Assembly: GCA_964445095.1 (NCBI GenBank)
Contig: CAYUJR010000005.1
Location: forward strand, 1-50,422
Reading direction: 5' to 3'
Source of the DNA: an uncultured Gammaproteobacteria bacterium
GTDB taxonomy: Bacteria; Patescibacteriota; Microgenomatia; Levybacterales; JACOYD01
Length of the DNA: 50,422 bases
Below, piece after piece: positions 9,108-21,470 of the stretch. Numbering within the stretch: position 1 is the first letter of the stretch; every line of letters begins with the position of its first letter. Below the pieces are notes generated by a model that saw only the letters and a program-made list of their open reading frames with translations, made no database searches and was not told where the DNA came from. Position numbers and translations under genes: made by a program.

Positions 9108-9917
9108 TTATTGATTTTCGGCGGCTTTGATTAGGTTTTCCAGTAAACAGGCCACGTTGACGGGGCCGACACCCCCCGGAGTTGGAGTGTAAAAACCGGC
9201 AATGCCGGAGATTTTTTCTTCCTCATAATCTCCATGAAACTTATCGTCACTCTCCCTATGCATACCAACACTTATTAGAATTACTCCTTTTTTAATCATC
9301 TCACCTGTCACTATATTTGCTCTGCCAACCGCGGAAATAATAATATCGGCAGTGCGAGTGATTAATTGTGGATTAGTAGTTTTACTGTCAATGACTATTG
9401 TCTTAACTCCTAATTCCTTTAATCTTTTTATGACCGGTCCCCCACCCGTCTGTCCTTTCCCAATTACTACGATTCTTTTTGATTTAAATTCTCCTATTTT
9501 TCTCAAAATTCTCAAAACCGCACGGGCCAGAGGCATTTCAAATTGAGATTTTGGATGTAAGCCGTCGATATCTTTTTCTGGTAAGACCGCTTTAGCGATA
9601 ATGCTATTATTAATAGTTGGCGGTAGAGGGCGTTGGACTATGATACCGTGGACATTGTTATTATTGTTTAATTCTTCAATTATTGACAGAAGTTTTTGCA
9701 CAGAAGTATTTGTTGGTAATTCTTTAATGGTAGCTTTAGCTCCAATTAGCTCCCCCTGCAATTTTTTGCGTTTAACATAAAGAGCAGAGGCTGGATCATG
9801 GCCGACCAATATAACTACTAAATGAGGCGCTACTCCCCTCTTTTTTAGCTGCTTAACGCGGTGTTTTAAATCCTGGAGAATTTTTTCCGCAATTATCTTT
9901 CCGTCAATTCTTGTCAT
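9108..9917 (-). CDS. folD: Methylenetetrahydrofolate dehydrogenase/cyclohydrolase
   Basis: Motifs IDGK, HGIIVQRPLP, EKDIDG and TPTPGGVGP. Confidence 0.92.
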   Translation of the reverse strand: MTRIDGKIIAEKILQDLKHRVKQLKKRGVAPHLVVILVGHDPASALYVKRKKLQGELIGAKATIKELPTNTSVQKLLSIIEELNNNNNVHGIIVQRPLPPTINNSIIAKAVLPEKDIDGLHPKSQFEMPLARAVLRILRKIGEFKSKRIVVIGKGQTGGGPVIKRLKELGVKTIVIDSKTTNPQLITRTADIIISAVGRANIVTGEMIKKGVILISVGMHRESDDKFHGDYEEEKISGIAGFYTPTPGGVGPVNVACLLENLIKAAENQ

Positions 9918-9919
9918 TT

Positions 9920-12373
9920 TTAACTAATACAGGCGGCGGCGGCAACCTTATCATTTTTATCGGAAAAACGCATCAGAATTACTCCTTGAGTGGCGCGAGA
10001 AAGTTTAGGAATGGAGGCAATATCAAGTTTGACTAATAAACCACGCTTACTGGTAATAATAACCTCGCGGCAAGCCTCCGGCATCACGAAAGCTACGATA
10101 ATTTGGCCGGTTTTGGCGCTGACTTTAGCTGCTTTGACGCCTTGGCCTCCCCTACTCTGTCTTTTAAATTGAGACACCAAGGTTTTTTTGCCAACGCCAT
10201 TTTCCATAATCACCAGCAGTTCCGGCTTATCGCTTTTTCCAATCACAGCCATTCCTACAACTGTGTCGTCTTGGGTTAATTTAATTCCGCGGACTCCCAT
10301 GGTACTTCTCCCCAAGGGTCTAGCGGATTTTTCCGAAAAGCGGATGGCCTTGCCACGACGAGTAATAATTAAAACGTCATCATCGCCTGTGGTAATATTA
10401 CTCCACACCAACTCATCGTTGGGATCAAGTTTAATGGCCGCGATGCCGCTGCGGCGAATATTTTCAAATTCACCAAGACCCGTTTTTTTGACAGTACCTT
10501 TTCTGGTTGTAAGAAAGACAAAACCTTTGGTTTCTTTGGGGTGGTAGGTGACAAAAGATTCAACTTTTTCGTCTTGTTCAATATTTAATAAATTAACAAT
10601 GGCCGTTCCCTTACTGGTTCTTGAGCTTTCTTGAATTTCAAAAGCCCGCAGTTGATAAACTTTTCCTTTATTAGTAAAAAATAAAATATTGTCATGAGTT
10701 TGGGAATAACGCAAATGAGCGATGCTATCTTCTTCTTTGGTAGTCATACCTTTTATACCCTTTCCGCCTCGATGTTGAGTGCGAAAGCTTAATAACGATT
10801 GGCGCTTAATATAGCCGCTGCTAGTTAAAGTAATTACTGTCGGTTCGTTAGCAACCAGATCTTCTTCGCTGAACTCTCCCACTTTACCTTTGATTACCTT
10901 GGTTCGCCTATCATCTTGATACTTTTCTTTTACCTTAACTAATTCCTGCTTAATCACCAGCAAGATTTTGGCTGGTTTGGCCAGTAAATCTTCAAGATAG
11001 GCGATAGTTTCTTTAACCATCTCGTATTCATCTTCGATTTTTTGGCGCTCCAGTGCCGCTAGTCTTCGCAGCTGCATGTCCAAAATAGCAGTAGCTTGAA
11101 GATCGGTCAACTTGAACTTGGTCATCAAGTTAGTTTTAGCATCTTCTTGGGTTTTGGAGGCGCGAATAGTTTTAATTACGGCGTCAATATTGTCCACCGC
11201 TATTTTTAGGCCTTGTAAAATATGAAGTCTTGCTTGAGCCGCTTTCAGTTCAAATTCCGACCGTTTCGTCACTACGGAAAATCTATGTTTGATATACTCC
11301 TCAAGAATTGTTTTGAGATTGAGTGTTTGCGGCGTCCCATCAACCAGAGCTACAACGTTGGCCGGGAAAATTGTTTGCAGACTGGTATGTTTGAATAAAT
11401 TATTAAGAACTTTTCTGGGGGTAGCGTCGCGTTTTAGCTCAACCACAATACGAATGCCGTGTCTATCCGACTCGTCACGCAGGTCAGTTATCCCCTCCAC
11501 CTTTTTTTCTTTGGCTAAATCGGCGATGCGGGCTACCAGAAGGCTCTTGTTAACCTGATATGGCAATTCGGTAATAATAATGGCCGATTTTCCCTGACCA
11601 ATGTCTTCAATATCGGCTTTTCCCCGAATAATAATTCTGCCTTTACCCGTGGCGTATAAATTTTTAATTTCCGAAAAATCGTAAATGGTGCCGTAAGTCG
11701 GGAAATCGGGACCTTTGATAAATTCCAAAAGCTCATCAACTGTAACTTCGGAAGTAAGCGTAGGAGTTGATACTTTTGTTTTACTAATGACATAAATAAT
11801 CGCATCAATAACCTCACTTAAATTATGCGGCGGAATTTTAGTGGCCATACCAACAGCAATACCTTCAGAACCCATTAGGAGAAGATTTGGTAATTTTGCT
11901 GGGAGAAATGTCGGCTCCTGCAAAGTTGCATCAAAATTAGGAAGAAACTCAACGGTCTCTTTATCTAAATCGTAGAGCATCTCAGATGTGATTGCTGCCA
12001 TTTTGGCTTCTGTATAACGCATGGCGGCCGGCGGATCCCCATCCATTGAACCAAAATTACCCTGACCGTCAATCAGCGGATAACGCATGGAAAAATCCTG
12101 AGCCAGACGTACCAAGGCATCATAAATTGGCATGTCACCATGAGGATGGTATTTTCCCATCACTTCTCCGACAATTTTTGCGCTTTTTGAATACTTAGCA
12201 TTGTGGGTAAGTCCCATTTCATGGAGAGCAAAAAGAATTCTGCGGTGAACCGGCTTTAGTCCATCGCGAACATCTGGCAGAGCCCGAGAAACAATTACAG
12301 ACATAGCGTAGTCAAGATACGCCTTCTTCATCTCAAGCGAGATTTCAGTTTTTAAGAGTTTACCAATATCCAT
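9920..12373 (-). CDS. gyrA: DNA gyrase subunit A
   Basis: Motifs [16 protein letters not shown] and AAMRYTE, plus GyrA-box QHRGGKG. Confidence 0.97.
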   Translation of the reverse strand: MDIGKLLKTEISLEMKKAYLDYAMSVIVSRALPDVRDGLKPVHRRILFALHEMGLTHNAKYSKSAKIVGEVMGKYHPHGDMPIYDALVRLAQDFSMRYPLIDGQGNFGSMDGDPPAAMRYTEAKMAAITSEMLYDLDKETVEFLPNFDATLQEPTFLPAKLPNLLLMGSEGIAVGMATKIPPHNLSEVIDAIIYVISKTKVSTPTLTSEVTVDELLEFIKGPDFPTYGTIYDFSEIKNLYATGKGRIIIRGKADIEDIGQGKSAIIITELPYQVNKSLLVARIADLAKEKKVEGITDLRDESDRHGIRIVVELKRDATPRKVLNNLFKHTSLQTIFPANVVALVDGTPQTLNLKTILEEYIKHRFSVVTKRSEFELKAAQARLHILQGLKIAVDNIDAVIKTIRASKTQEDAKTNLMTKFKLTDLQATAILDMQLRRLAALERQKIEDEYEMVKETIAYLEDLLAKPAKILLVIKQELVKVKEKYQDDRRTKVIKGKVGEFSEEDLVANEPTVITLTSSGYIKRQSLLSFRTQHRGGKGIKGMTTKEEDSIAHLRYSQTHDNILFFTNKGKVYQLRAFEIQESSRTSKGTAIVNLLNIEQDEKVESFVTYHPKETKGFVFLTTRKGTVKKTGLGEFENIRRSGIAAIKLDPNDELVWSNITTGDDDVLIITRRGKAIRFSEKSARPLGRSTMGVRGIKLTQDDTVVGMAVIGKSDKPELLVIMENGVGKKTLVSQFKRQSRGGQGVKAAKVSAKTGQIIVAFVMPEACREVIITSKRGLLVKLDIASIPKLSRATQGVILMRFSDKNDKVAAAACIS

Positions 12374-12374
12374 A

Positions 12375-12887
12375 TCATCTCATGGCTTTTCTTATTTCTT
12401 CTAGCGCTTTCTCTTTTTCTTTCCACTCTTTTACCTTTACCCACTTGCCCGGTTCTGTTTTTTTGTAATTCTCAAAAAAATACTTAATTTCATCGAGAAT
12501 TTTTTTTGGCACATCGGCAATATCATTATACGCGGCGAATTTGCTATCTACCTTTGCTAGCGGCACGGCAATTACTTTAGTATCTTCTCCTGCTTCATCG
12601 TCCATTTCCAGCATGCCGATGGGGCGTGAAGGAATAACAACGCCAACAGAAACCGGTTTGCTGGAAAGAACTAAAACATCAATCGGATCGCCGTCGCCAC
12701 TCAGCGTCTGTGGCACAAAGCCGTAGTTAAACGGGTAATTCATTTGGGTAAAAAGAAATCGGTCAACAAAAATCGCTCCGCTTTCTTTATCCAGCTCATA
12801 TTTGACGCTGACGCCTTGAGGAATTTCTATAAAAACATTTATTTCCTCCGGCGGATTTTTACCAATTGGTACATTTTTTATATCCAT
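12375..12887 (-). CDS. ppa: Inorganic pyrophosphatase (family I)
   Basis: Motifs KYELDK, YPFNYG and DGDPIDV. SD AAGGAGGTG precedes ATG 12887. Confidence 0.93.
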   Translation of the reverse strand: MDIKNVPIGKNPPEEINVFIEIPQGVSVKYELDKESGAIFVDRFLFTQMNYPFNYGFVPQTLSGDGDPIDVLVLSSKPVSVGVVIPSRPIGMLEMDDEAGEDTKVIAVPLAKVDSKFAAYNDIADVPKKILDEIKYFFENYKKTEPGKWVKVKEWKEKEKALEEIRKAMR

Positions 12888-12900
12888 AAATCTCACCTCC

Positions 12901-14859
<1,959 letters not shown>

Positions 14860-14870
14860 TTATAGCAAGT

Positions 14871-15551
14871 TTACCAACCATTTTCCAGTGGAATTAGGGA
14901 GAGAAAAAGGTTTTCCAGGGCGAAGCGAGGGTTGACGTTGGTGGTGGAAAGCAGAGTATGAGTTTTTTGAAAAGATTTTAAGAAATTAAGATAGTTAGGG
15001 TTTGAGTGATTACCAGCTAGTTTTTGCCGAATAAAAATAATCATTTTCTCCAGCCAGGCAGCTGCCTCTTCGCGGTTTTTGCCGACATCTTCAGCCAGCT
15101 TCAATTTTTCCTCCACCCCACCAGTTAATAAAACTGAAAACTGAAAACTGAAAACTGAAAATTCGCTCGTGGCTAGTTGCTCGTGGCTAGTTACTAAAGT
15201 TATTACTTGACAGCGTGATACTACTGTTGGCAAAAGTAAGTCTTTGTTGCGGGCTGTCAATACTATTATAGTATTTGCCGGTGGCTCTTCCAGGGTTTTT
15301 AAGAAGGCATTTTGCGCTTCCGTAGTAGCAGTATCAAAATCTAAAAAAAGACCCAACTTAAAAGGAGAATTAAAGGGTTTTAAAGCTAATTTTGCCTTAA
15401 CTTCTCTTACTTTATCAATACCAATTGAGCCTGCTGTTGTGGGTTCAATTACCAAGATATCAAATTGACTCACCCCATAGCTTTTAGCAAATTCCAGCGC
15501 TTTTTCTCTTCTTTTATCTGGGGTACCGCCTATAATTAAGAAACTATGCAT
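14871..15551 (-). CDS. holB: DNA polymerase III delta-prime-like clamp-loader subunit
   Basis: Motifs IGIDKVR, EAQNAFLKTLEEPP and LLPTVVSRC. Start is ATG 15551 or 15563. Confidence 0.8.
   Translation of the reverse strand: MHSFLIIGGTPDKRREKALEFAKSYGVSQFDILVIEPTTAGSIGIDKVREVKAKLALKPFNSPFKLGLFLDFDTATTEAQNAFLKTLEEPPANTIIVLTARNKDLLLPTVVSRCQVITLVTSHEQLATSEFSVFSFQFSVLLTGGVEEKLKLAEDVGKNREEAAAWLEKMIIFIRQKLAGNHSNPNYLNFLKSFQKTHTLLSTTNVNPRFALENLFLSLIPLENGW
15130..15192. repeat. Two abutting in-phase heptamer arrays in holB
   Basis: (aaaactg)x4, aaaattc, then (gctcgtg gctagtt)x2. Confidence 0.85.
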
Positions 15552-15607
15552 AATCCTTGACATATTAGCACAAAATGAACTACGATTGAAGAAAGAAATC
15601 TGCCCAT

Positions 15608-17314
15608 ATGGATACCCAACAAACAGTCGCAGATATTTTGCTGGCCGATAAAATTATTACTCCCGAGCAGTATTCCCAGGTAAAACTGGCCGGTATTAAT
15701 ACCAATAGAAACATTTCAGAACTGCTTATTGAGCAAAAACTGGCTAGTCTTACCCAAGTAGCCGAGGCAAAAGCTAAACTATTAAATGTCCCTTTTGTGG
15801 CGCTATCTGCTAGGGCTGTTAATCCCGCCGCCTTAGCTCTTGTTCCTGAACCGGTAGCCAAACGTTTTACTATTCTTCCTTTTGATTTTGACAAAAAAAC
15901 TAATACTTTGTCTGTCGCTATGGCCAATCCGGAAGATTTGGCCACAGTGGAGTTTCTTAAACAAAGATCTGCCGCTCAAGTAGTGGTTTATGCCGCTTCG
16001 CCTGATGAGTTGCGGCAGATGATTGACCAGCATTATGCCCAGGATATCATTTCCGAAGTGAAAGAAGCAGTCAAAGAGACCGAGGTTGAGCCGGGAACAA
16101 AAACAATTACCCAGACCGACCTGGCTCAAATTATTAAAGAAGCGCCGATAGCCCGCATTGTCTCCACGGTTCTTGAATACGCCATTAAAAGCCGAGCCTC
16201 GGACGTTCATATCGAACCGATGGAGGGTAGAACCCGAGTTCGTTATAGAATAGACGGAATACTACACGAAAAATTGTCGCTTCCTAAAGGTATTCACGAT
16301 GCCCTAGTGTCACGCATTAAAATTTTATCAGGTATGAAAATAGATGAACACCGAATTCCCCAGGACGGACGTTTTAACTTTAAAATGCCGGAAGAAGAGG
16401 TGGATTTGCGTATTTCGGTGTTGCCGAGCGTCCTGGGTGAAAAAATAGTGATGAGATTGCTTAAAAAATCAGGCGGAGTGCCGAGCTTGCCAGAGTTAGG
16501 TTTAAATGGAATTAGTCTAAAAAATCTGGAAACGGCTATTTTGCGGCCGCACGGCATCATCATTGTCTGCGGACCAACCGGTTCCGGTAAAACTACTACT
16601 TTATACTCTGTTCTTAATAAACTTAATACCACTAAAGTCAATATTCTGACCTTAGAGGACCCGGTTGAATATAGAATTGCCGGTGTTAATCAAGTACAGA
16701 TTAATCCAGCAGTCGGACTGACCTTTGCCACGGGACTGCGCTCATTCTTGCGGCAAGATCCCAATATTATTCTGGTTGGGGAGATCAGAGATAGAGAAAC
16801 CACTGATTTGGCTATCCAGGCGGCGCTGACCGGACATTTAGTCTTTTCGACGTTGCATACTTCTAATGCTTCAGGTGCCCTACCCAGGCTGCTTGATTTA
16901 GGAGCAGAAACATTTTTATTGGCTTCAACTATGAATGCGGTGGTTGGTCAGCGAATTGTCAGAAAAATGTGTACTGCCTGTCGCGAGCAATACGAAATTC
17001 CGGAAAGCATGAGGCAAGATATTCGAAATGTTCTTGGTCCCCTCCTGCCGTCAAACAAAACAATAGATAAATTATGGCGCGGACGCGGCTGTGATGAATG
17101 TAATAATACCGGTTACTTGGGAAGAGTTGGTATTTTTGAAGTTTTGCCGATGACCGAAAAAATTGCCCGGATGGTGCTGGAGCGGGCAGATGCGGGAAGC
17201 GTCGAGAAAGAGGCAGTAGCCCAAAGCATGATCACCATGAAGCAGGACGGCTATCTCAAGGTGATTGAGGGTGTAACTACTATTGAAGAAGTCTTAAGAG
17301 TGGCACAGGAATAG
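15608..17314 (+). CDS. pilB: Type IV pilus assembly ATPase (PilB/GspE)
   Basis: Motifs ASDVHIEP, GPTGSGKTTT, LRQDPNIILVGEIRD and the CxxC...CxxC zinc motif. Confidence 0.93.
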   Translation: MDTQQTVADILLADKIITPEQYSQVKLAGINTNRNISELLIEQKLASLTQVAEAKAKLLNVPFVALSARAVNPAALALVPEPVAKRFTILPFDFDKKTNTLSVAMANPEDLATVEFLKQRSAAQVVVYAASPDELRQMIDQHYAQDIISEVKEAVKETEVEPGTKTITQTDLAQIIKEAPIARIVSTVLEYAIKSRASDVHIEPMEGRTRVRYRIDGILHEKLSLPKGIHDALVSRIKILSGMKIDEHRIPQDGRFNFKMPEEEVDLRISVLPSVLGEKIVMRLLKKSGGVPSLPELGLNGISLKNLETAILRPHGIIIVCGPTGSGKTTTLYSVLNKLNTTKVNILTLEDPVEYRIAGVNQVQINPAVGLTFATGLRSFLRQDPNIILVGEIRDRETTDLAIQAALTGHLVFSTLHTSNASGALPRLLDLGAETFLLASTMNAVVGQRIVRKMCTACREQYEIPESMRQDIRNVLGPLLPSNKTIDKLWRGRGCDECNNTGYLGRVGIFEVLPMTEKIARMVLERADAGSVEKEAVAQSMITMKQDGYLKVIEGVTTIEEVLRVAQE

Positions 17315-17348
17315 TTATTAGAAATTAGGATTTAGTAATTTTCAAGAT

Positions 17349-18410
17349 ATGGATATTAAAGAATTATTATTCGCTACAGTTAAAAATAAGGCCTCGGATT
17401 TGCATCTGGTAAGTGACAAGCCTCCCATAATTCGAGTTAATGGCAGACTGGTTTTACTTAGCCAGACTCCCCTGTCGGCTCTAGAGATAGAAGAGATGAT
17501 TTTTTCTGTTACTACTCCGGAGCAGAAAGCCTTAATAGAGCATGACCGAGAGCTTGATTTTTCTTTGCCTTTCGAGCTTTCCGCCGGTCTTGAGGGTAGA
17601 TTTAGGATTAATGCCTATTATCAAAGAAATAGCCTGGCTGCTTCGCTCCGTTTCTTAGACCCTCACATTAAAACGATTGAACAGCTTAATCTGCCGGCCA
17701 TCTTCCATCAATTCAGTAAAGTTTTACAAGGTTTTATCTTAATTACCGGTCCGACAGGACATGGTAAATCAACCAGTCTGGCTTCAATTATTAATGAGAT
17801 TAATCAAAATAAAAGCGTTCATATAGTTACCATTGAAGACCCCATAGAATATGTTTATCCTGGTGGTAAAAGCATCATTAGCCAGCGAGAACTGAGGCTG
17901 GATACCTATTCCTGGGCTAAAGCCTTGCGGTCGGCTCTGCGTGAAGACCCGGATGTCGTCTTGGTGGGTGAGATGAGAGACCCGGAAACAATTGCTTCAG
18001 CCATCACCATTGCCGAAACCGGACATCTGGTTTTCTCGACTCTCCATACCAATTCGGCCGCCCAAACGATAGATAGGATTGTTGATGTTTTTCCCGCTCA
18101 CCAGCAGTCGCAAATTAGAACCCAGCTGGCCTCTACTCTTCAAGCAGTTGTTTCTCAAAGATTACTGCCTGCCCTGTCAGGCGACAGAATTCCGGCAGTA
18201 GAAGTGATGTTGGGTACGGATGCGGTTAAGACTAATATTAGAGACGGCAAAACCCATATGTTAGATAATATCATCCGTACCTCCGGCGAGTTGGGCATGA
18301 TTTCCCTGGAGACACATTTGGCCGCTTTAGTTCGGGAGGGGAAAATTACCCTAGATACTGCCAATTCCTATGCTCTGCGGCCAGATGAGTTGAGTAGACT
18401 GTTGGGTTAA
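17349..18410 (+). CDS. pilT: Type IV pilus retraction ATPase
   Basis: Motifs ASDLHL, GPTGHGKST, LREDPDV, AETGHLV and AVKTNIRDGK. Confidence 0.93.
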   Translation: MDIKELLFATVKNKASDLHLVSDKPPIIRVNGRLVLLSQTPLSALEIEEMIFSVTTPEQKALIEHDRELDFSLPFELSAGLEGRFRINAYYQRNSLAASLRFLDPHIKTIEQLNLPAIFHQFSKVLQGFILITGPTGHGKSTSLASIINEINQNKSVHIVTIEDPIEYVYPGGKSIISQRELRLDTYSWAKALRSALREDPDVVLVGEMRDPETIASAITIAETGHLVFSTLHTNSAAQTIDRIVDVFPAHQQSQIRTQLASTLQAVVSQRLLPALSGDRIPAVEVMLGTDAVKTNIRDGKTHMLDNIIRTSGELGMISLETHLAALVREGKITLDTANSYALRPDELSRLLG

Positions 18411-18420
18411 AGAATTAAGC

Positions 18421-19614
18421 ATGAGAAAATTTTCATACAAGGCTAAAAAGGAAGGAATTGATATTAGTGGAATTATTGAGGCTAAGGGAGAAAAAGAAGC
18501 CGCTAAATTACTGCACGAACAGAATTTATTCGTAGTTTCCGTTATTCCAGAGAGAAAGCAAAATATTTTATTTTTCAAAAACCGGGTCGGACTTAATGAT
18601 GTGGTAAACCTTACCCGACAGTTATCCTCCATGATTACGGCAGGTCTCACTATTACCGAAGCCTTATCGGTATTGGGGAGTGAGGTAGAAAATCCCCTGC
18701 TTGGTCAGATTTTAGAAGAAATTTTAACAGACGTGGAAGCGGGAAATTCTCTTTCGGCGGCCATGGCCAAGCACCCCAAAGTTTTTTCGTCAGTCTATAT
18801 TGCCATGATTACCGCCGCCGAAGAAGCCGGGTTGCTCGACAAAGTCCTGGCTCGCTTGGCAGATAATCTGGAGAAAGAAAAAGCTTTTAGGGGTAAAATT
18901 ATTGGCGCGCTTATTTATCCAATAATTGTGGTGGTGGGAATGGTAGCCGTGGGAGTCATCATGATGCTGTTTGTCATCCCGACTGTGCGGGGACTTTATC
19001 AGGATTTAGGGGTTGATTTACCGGCCATGACCCAGGTAGTGCTGGCCATATCTGATTTTATGGTTAAAGGCTGGCCGTTGTTGGCGGGCCTCGGGGCGCT
19101 GTTATTTTTCGCCTTTTCTTCTTATAAAAAAACTGACCTTGGACAGAGACAGCTGGATACTATTCTTCTGCGAGCGCCGGTTATTGGCAAATTGCGCAAG
19201 TTAATAATTCTGACTGAATTTTCCCGCACTTTGGGATTACTAATCGGTTCGGGCAGTCCCATTATTGAGTCAATAAATATTACAGGAAATACTACCGGCA
19301 GCATTTGGTATAAAGAGTCACTGACTACTATATCTAAAAAAGTGGAAAAGGGAGTAGCTTTAGGCGATGCCATGGCAGAAGATAGTCGTTTTCCCTCAAT
19401 TTTGGTGCAGATGAGTAAAGTGGGCGAAACGACAGGCAAGTTAGACGAAGCGCTGCTGCGGGTGTCCGGCTACTTTGAGTCGGAAGCCGAACAATCAATC
19501 AAAACTTTAACTACGGCTCTTGAACCTTTAATTATGATATTTTTGGGAATTGGGGTAGCAGTTTTAATTATTGCCGTTATTATGCCGATCTACAGTCTAA
19601 CCAGCGCTTTTTAA
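18421..19614 (+). CDS. pilC: Type IV pilus platform protein (PilC/GspF)
   Basis: Motifs TRQLSSMITAG, GETTGKLD and LEPLIM; 3 transmembrane segments. Confidence 0.92.
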   Translation: MRKFSYKAKKEGIDISGIIEAKGEKEAAKLLHEQNLFVVSVIPERKQNILFFKNRVGLNDVVNLTRQLSSMITAGLTITEALSVLGSEVENPLLGQILEEILTDVEAGNSLSAAMAKHPKVFSSVYIAMITAAEEAGLLDKVLARLADNLEKEKAFRGKIIGALIYPIIVVVGMVAVGVIMMLFVIPTVRGLYQDLGVDLPAMTQVVLAISDFMVKGWPLLAGLGALLFFAFSSYKKTDLGQRQLDTILLRAPVIGKLRKLIILTEFSRTLGLLIGSGSPIIESINITGNTTGSIWYKESLTTISKKVEKGVALGDAMAEDSRFPSILVQMSKVGETTGKLDEALLRVSGYFESEAEQSIKTLTTALEPLIMIFLGIGVAVLIIAVIMPIYSLTSAF

Positions 19615-19623
19615 TCATTTCCA

Positions 19624-20008
19624 TGTCATTCTGAGCCCCGCTCAGCGGGGCGAAGAATCTCTAAATGAGACATTATTATGTTTATATTTTAACTAATAAG
19701 AACAATACTGTGCTTTACATTGGAGTAACTAATAATTTACTAAGACGAGTATATGAGCATAAAAACAAACTTATAGATGGTTTTACAAGAAAATATAATA
19801 TAGGTAAACTTGTGTATGTTGAAAATTTTACTGACGTAAATGAAGCTATTGCAGTTGAGAAAAAAATTAAAGGTTGGTTAAGAATTAAAAAGATAAAACT
19901 AATAGAATCAAAGAATCCCCAGTGGAAAGATCTAACCCTTTTTATAGAGGATAACTTTTATATTAGTAGGGTAAAACAGAGAGATCCTTCGCTACACTCA
20001 GGATGACA
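19624..20008 (+). mobile_element. GIY-YIG gene bracketed by imperfect palindromic arms (REPIN-like element)
   Basis: Left arm TGTCATTCTGAG...CGAAGAATCTCT; right arm AGAGATCCTTCG...CTCAGGATGACA. Confidence 0.75.
19665..20006 (+). CDS. GIY-YIG nuclease family protein
   Basis: YYVYIL...LYIGVTNNLLRRVYEHK...EKKIKGW...NPQWKDL. Confidence 0.9.
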   Translation: MRHYYVYILTNKNNTVLYIGVTNNLLRRVYEHKNKLIDGFTRKYNIGKLVYVENFTDVNEAIAVEKKIKGWLRIKKIKLIESKNPQWKDLTLFIEDNFYISRVKQRDPSLHSG

Positions 20009-20040
20009 AAAAGAAAGGCGTTTGAGGCTAAATTGGGGGC

Positions 20041-20070
20041 TTGACAAACAAATTTTAACATGTCTATACT
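20041..20070 (+). promoter_or_regulatory. Sigma70 promoter of probable major pilin
   Basis: TTGACA-18-TATACT, followed by a short leader containing AGG. Confidence 0.65.
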
Positions 20071-20087
20071 AGATTATAGGTAAATAA

Positions 20088-20669
20088 ATGAAAAGAATTC
20101 ATCAAACACTATCTCAAGGTTTTACCCTCATAGAACTTCTGGTTGTTATAACTATTTTAGGTATTCTGGTGACTCTAGCTTTAGTGACCATTAATCCGGC
20201 CGAAGCCCAGAAAAAAGGCCGTGATACCCAACGCTTAAAAGATGTAGCCACCATCCAGTCAATCGTCGAACAACTACTGGCTGATAATCCTGGTGCTATA
20301 ACAACTGCAGCGGCAAACAGTGGTACGCCTGCTACGGGAGCAAACTCATGTACAAACACGGGGTGGTTGTCTCAAGCCTTTACTATTGGTGGTGTAAAGC
20401 CGGATCTATGTAAATATGCAAATGTTATTCCAATTGACCCCTCTAATCGTTCAACATCCGTAACAACACGCACTGGAACTGTAGATGCTACTGCGCGAAA
20501 AGCCATGTATTCCATTGTTTTTACAGGGGGCACAACAGCGTATAAAATTTGTACCAAGCTAGAATCAACAGCTAATGGTGCTAAACTTATTAATGATGGG
20601 GAGGCGGCTGCTAACGACTTTTTTGCAGTCTTTTCTTCAGATACAGCTACTTGCGTAGAAATCCCCTAA
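20088..20669 (+). CDS. Type IV pilin (probable major pilin)
   Basis: G|FTLIELL class III signal peptide; has its own promoter. Confidence 0.85.
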   Translation: MKRIHQTLSQGFTLIELLVVITILGILVTLALVTINPAEAQKKGRDTQRLKDVATIQSIVEQLLADNPGAITTAAANSGTPATGANSCTNTGWLSQAFTIGGVKPDLCKYANVIPIDPSNRSTSVTTRTGTVDATARKAMYSIVFTGGTTAYKICTKLESTANGAKLINDGEAAANDFFAVFSSDTATCVEIP

Positions 20670-20703
20670 CCTCCGACAGTTAAAATATGCTATTCTTTTA
20701 TTA

Positions 20704-21468
20704 ATGGGTTATTTTTTATACCTTGCCTTCATCTTTATTACGGGTATTGTTTTTGGTAGTTTTTTGAATGTTCTCATCTATCGCCTACCGCATAATCTTC
20801 CCCTGACCGGACGCTCTTTTTGTCCAAAATGTAAAAAAAAGATTTCTTGGCAGGACAATATTCCCCTACTCTCCTTTGTTTTACTGGGAGGCAAATGTCG
20901 CAGTTGCCGCTCCCCCATCAGTTGGCAATACCCGCTGGTTGAGTTAGCAACAGGGGTCTTATTTGTCTTAACAGTTATTTTTCTTGCAAAAGACAATCTA
21001 TCATCTATAATTTATCATCTATCAATTCTAAGTGTCCTTATTGTTGTTTTTTTTACCGACCTTAAATATGGCATTATTCCTGATAAAATTACCTATCCGG
21101 CAATTATTATCTCTTTAATATACATAATACTTAATACTCAATACTTAATACTCAATACTTCTTTATCAGCTCTCGGCGCCGCTGTTTTTTTAGCTTTTCT
21201 CCATCTTATTACCCGTGGTCGGGGCATGGGCTTAGGAGACGTCAAACTAGCCTTTTTAATGGGCTTGTTGCTGGGTTTCCCCAAGATTATTGTTGCCTTT
21301 TACCTGGCTTTCTTGACAGGAGCGGCAGTTTCACTCATACTAGTTTTAATAGGCAAAAAAAAGTTTGGACAAACCATTCCCTTTGGCCCGTTTTTAGTTG
21401 CGGGAACCTTAATAGCCATGTTTTTAGGAGAATTAATTATAAAACAATTTAACAATTTAACAATTTAA
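20704..21468 (+). CDS. pilD: Prepilin peptidase
   Basis: Motifs GSFLNVLIYRLP, CPKC...CRSC, GMGLGDVKL and IPFGPFL. Confidence 0.93.
   Translation: MGYFLYLAFIFITGIVFGSFLNVLIYRLPHNLPLTGRSFCPKCKKKISWQDNIPLLSFVLLGGKCRSCRSPISWQYPLVELATGVLFVLTVIFLAKDNLSSIIYHLSILSVLIVVFFTDLKYGIIPDKITYPAIIISLIYIILNTQYLILNTSLSALGAAVFLAFLHLITRGRGMGLGDVKLAFLMGLLLGFPKIIVAFYLAFLTGAAVSLILVLIGKKKFGQTIPFGPFLVAGTLIAMFLGELIIKQFNNLTI
20997..21160. repeat. Two heptamer arrays in pilD (20997-21024 and 21121-21160)
   Basis: tctatca tctataa tttatca tctatca; and tacataa tacttaa tactcaa tacttaa tactcaa tactt. Confidence 0.8.
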
Positions 21469-21470
21469 CA

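Noticed and set aside
11743-11770. Small palindrome AACTTCGGAAGT in a variable loop of gyrA
   Set aside because: It is a single short copy, which is insufficient to call a REP insertion.
15580-15945. Antisense ORFs in the ORF track (e.g. 15580-15945, 6216-6650, 34289-34813, 41260-41697)
   Set aside because: They are shadows of well-supported genes on the opposite strand, with no motifs or expression signals.
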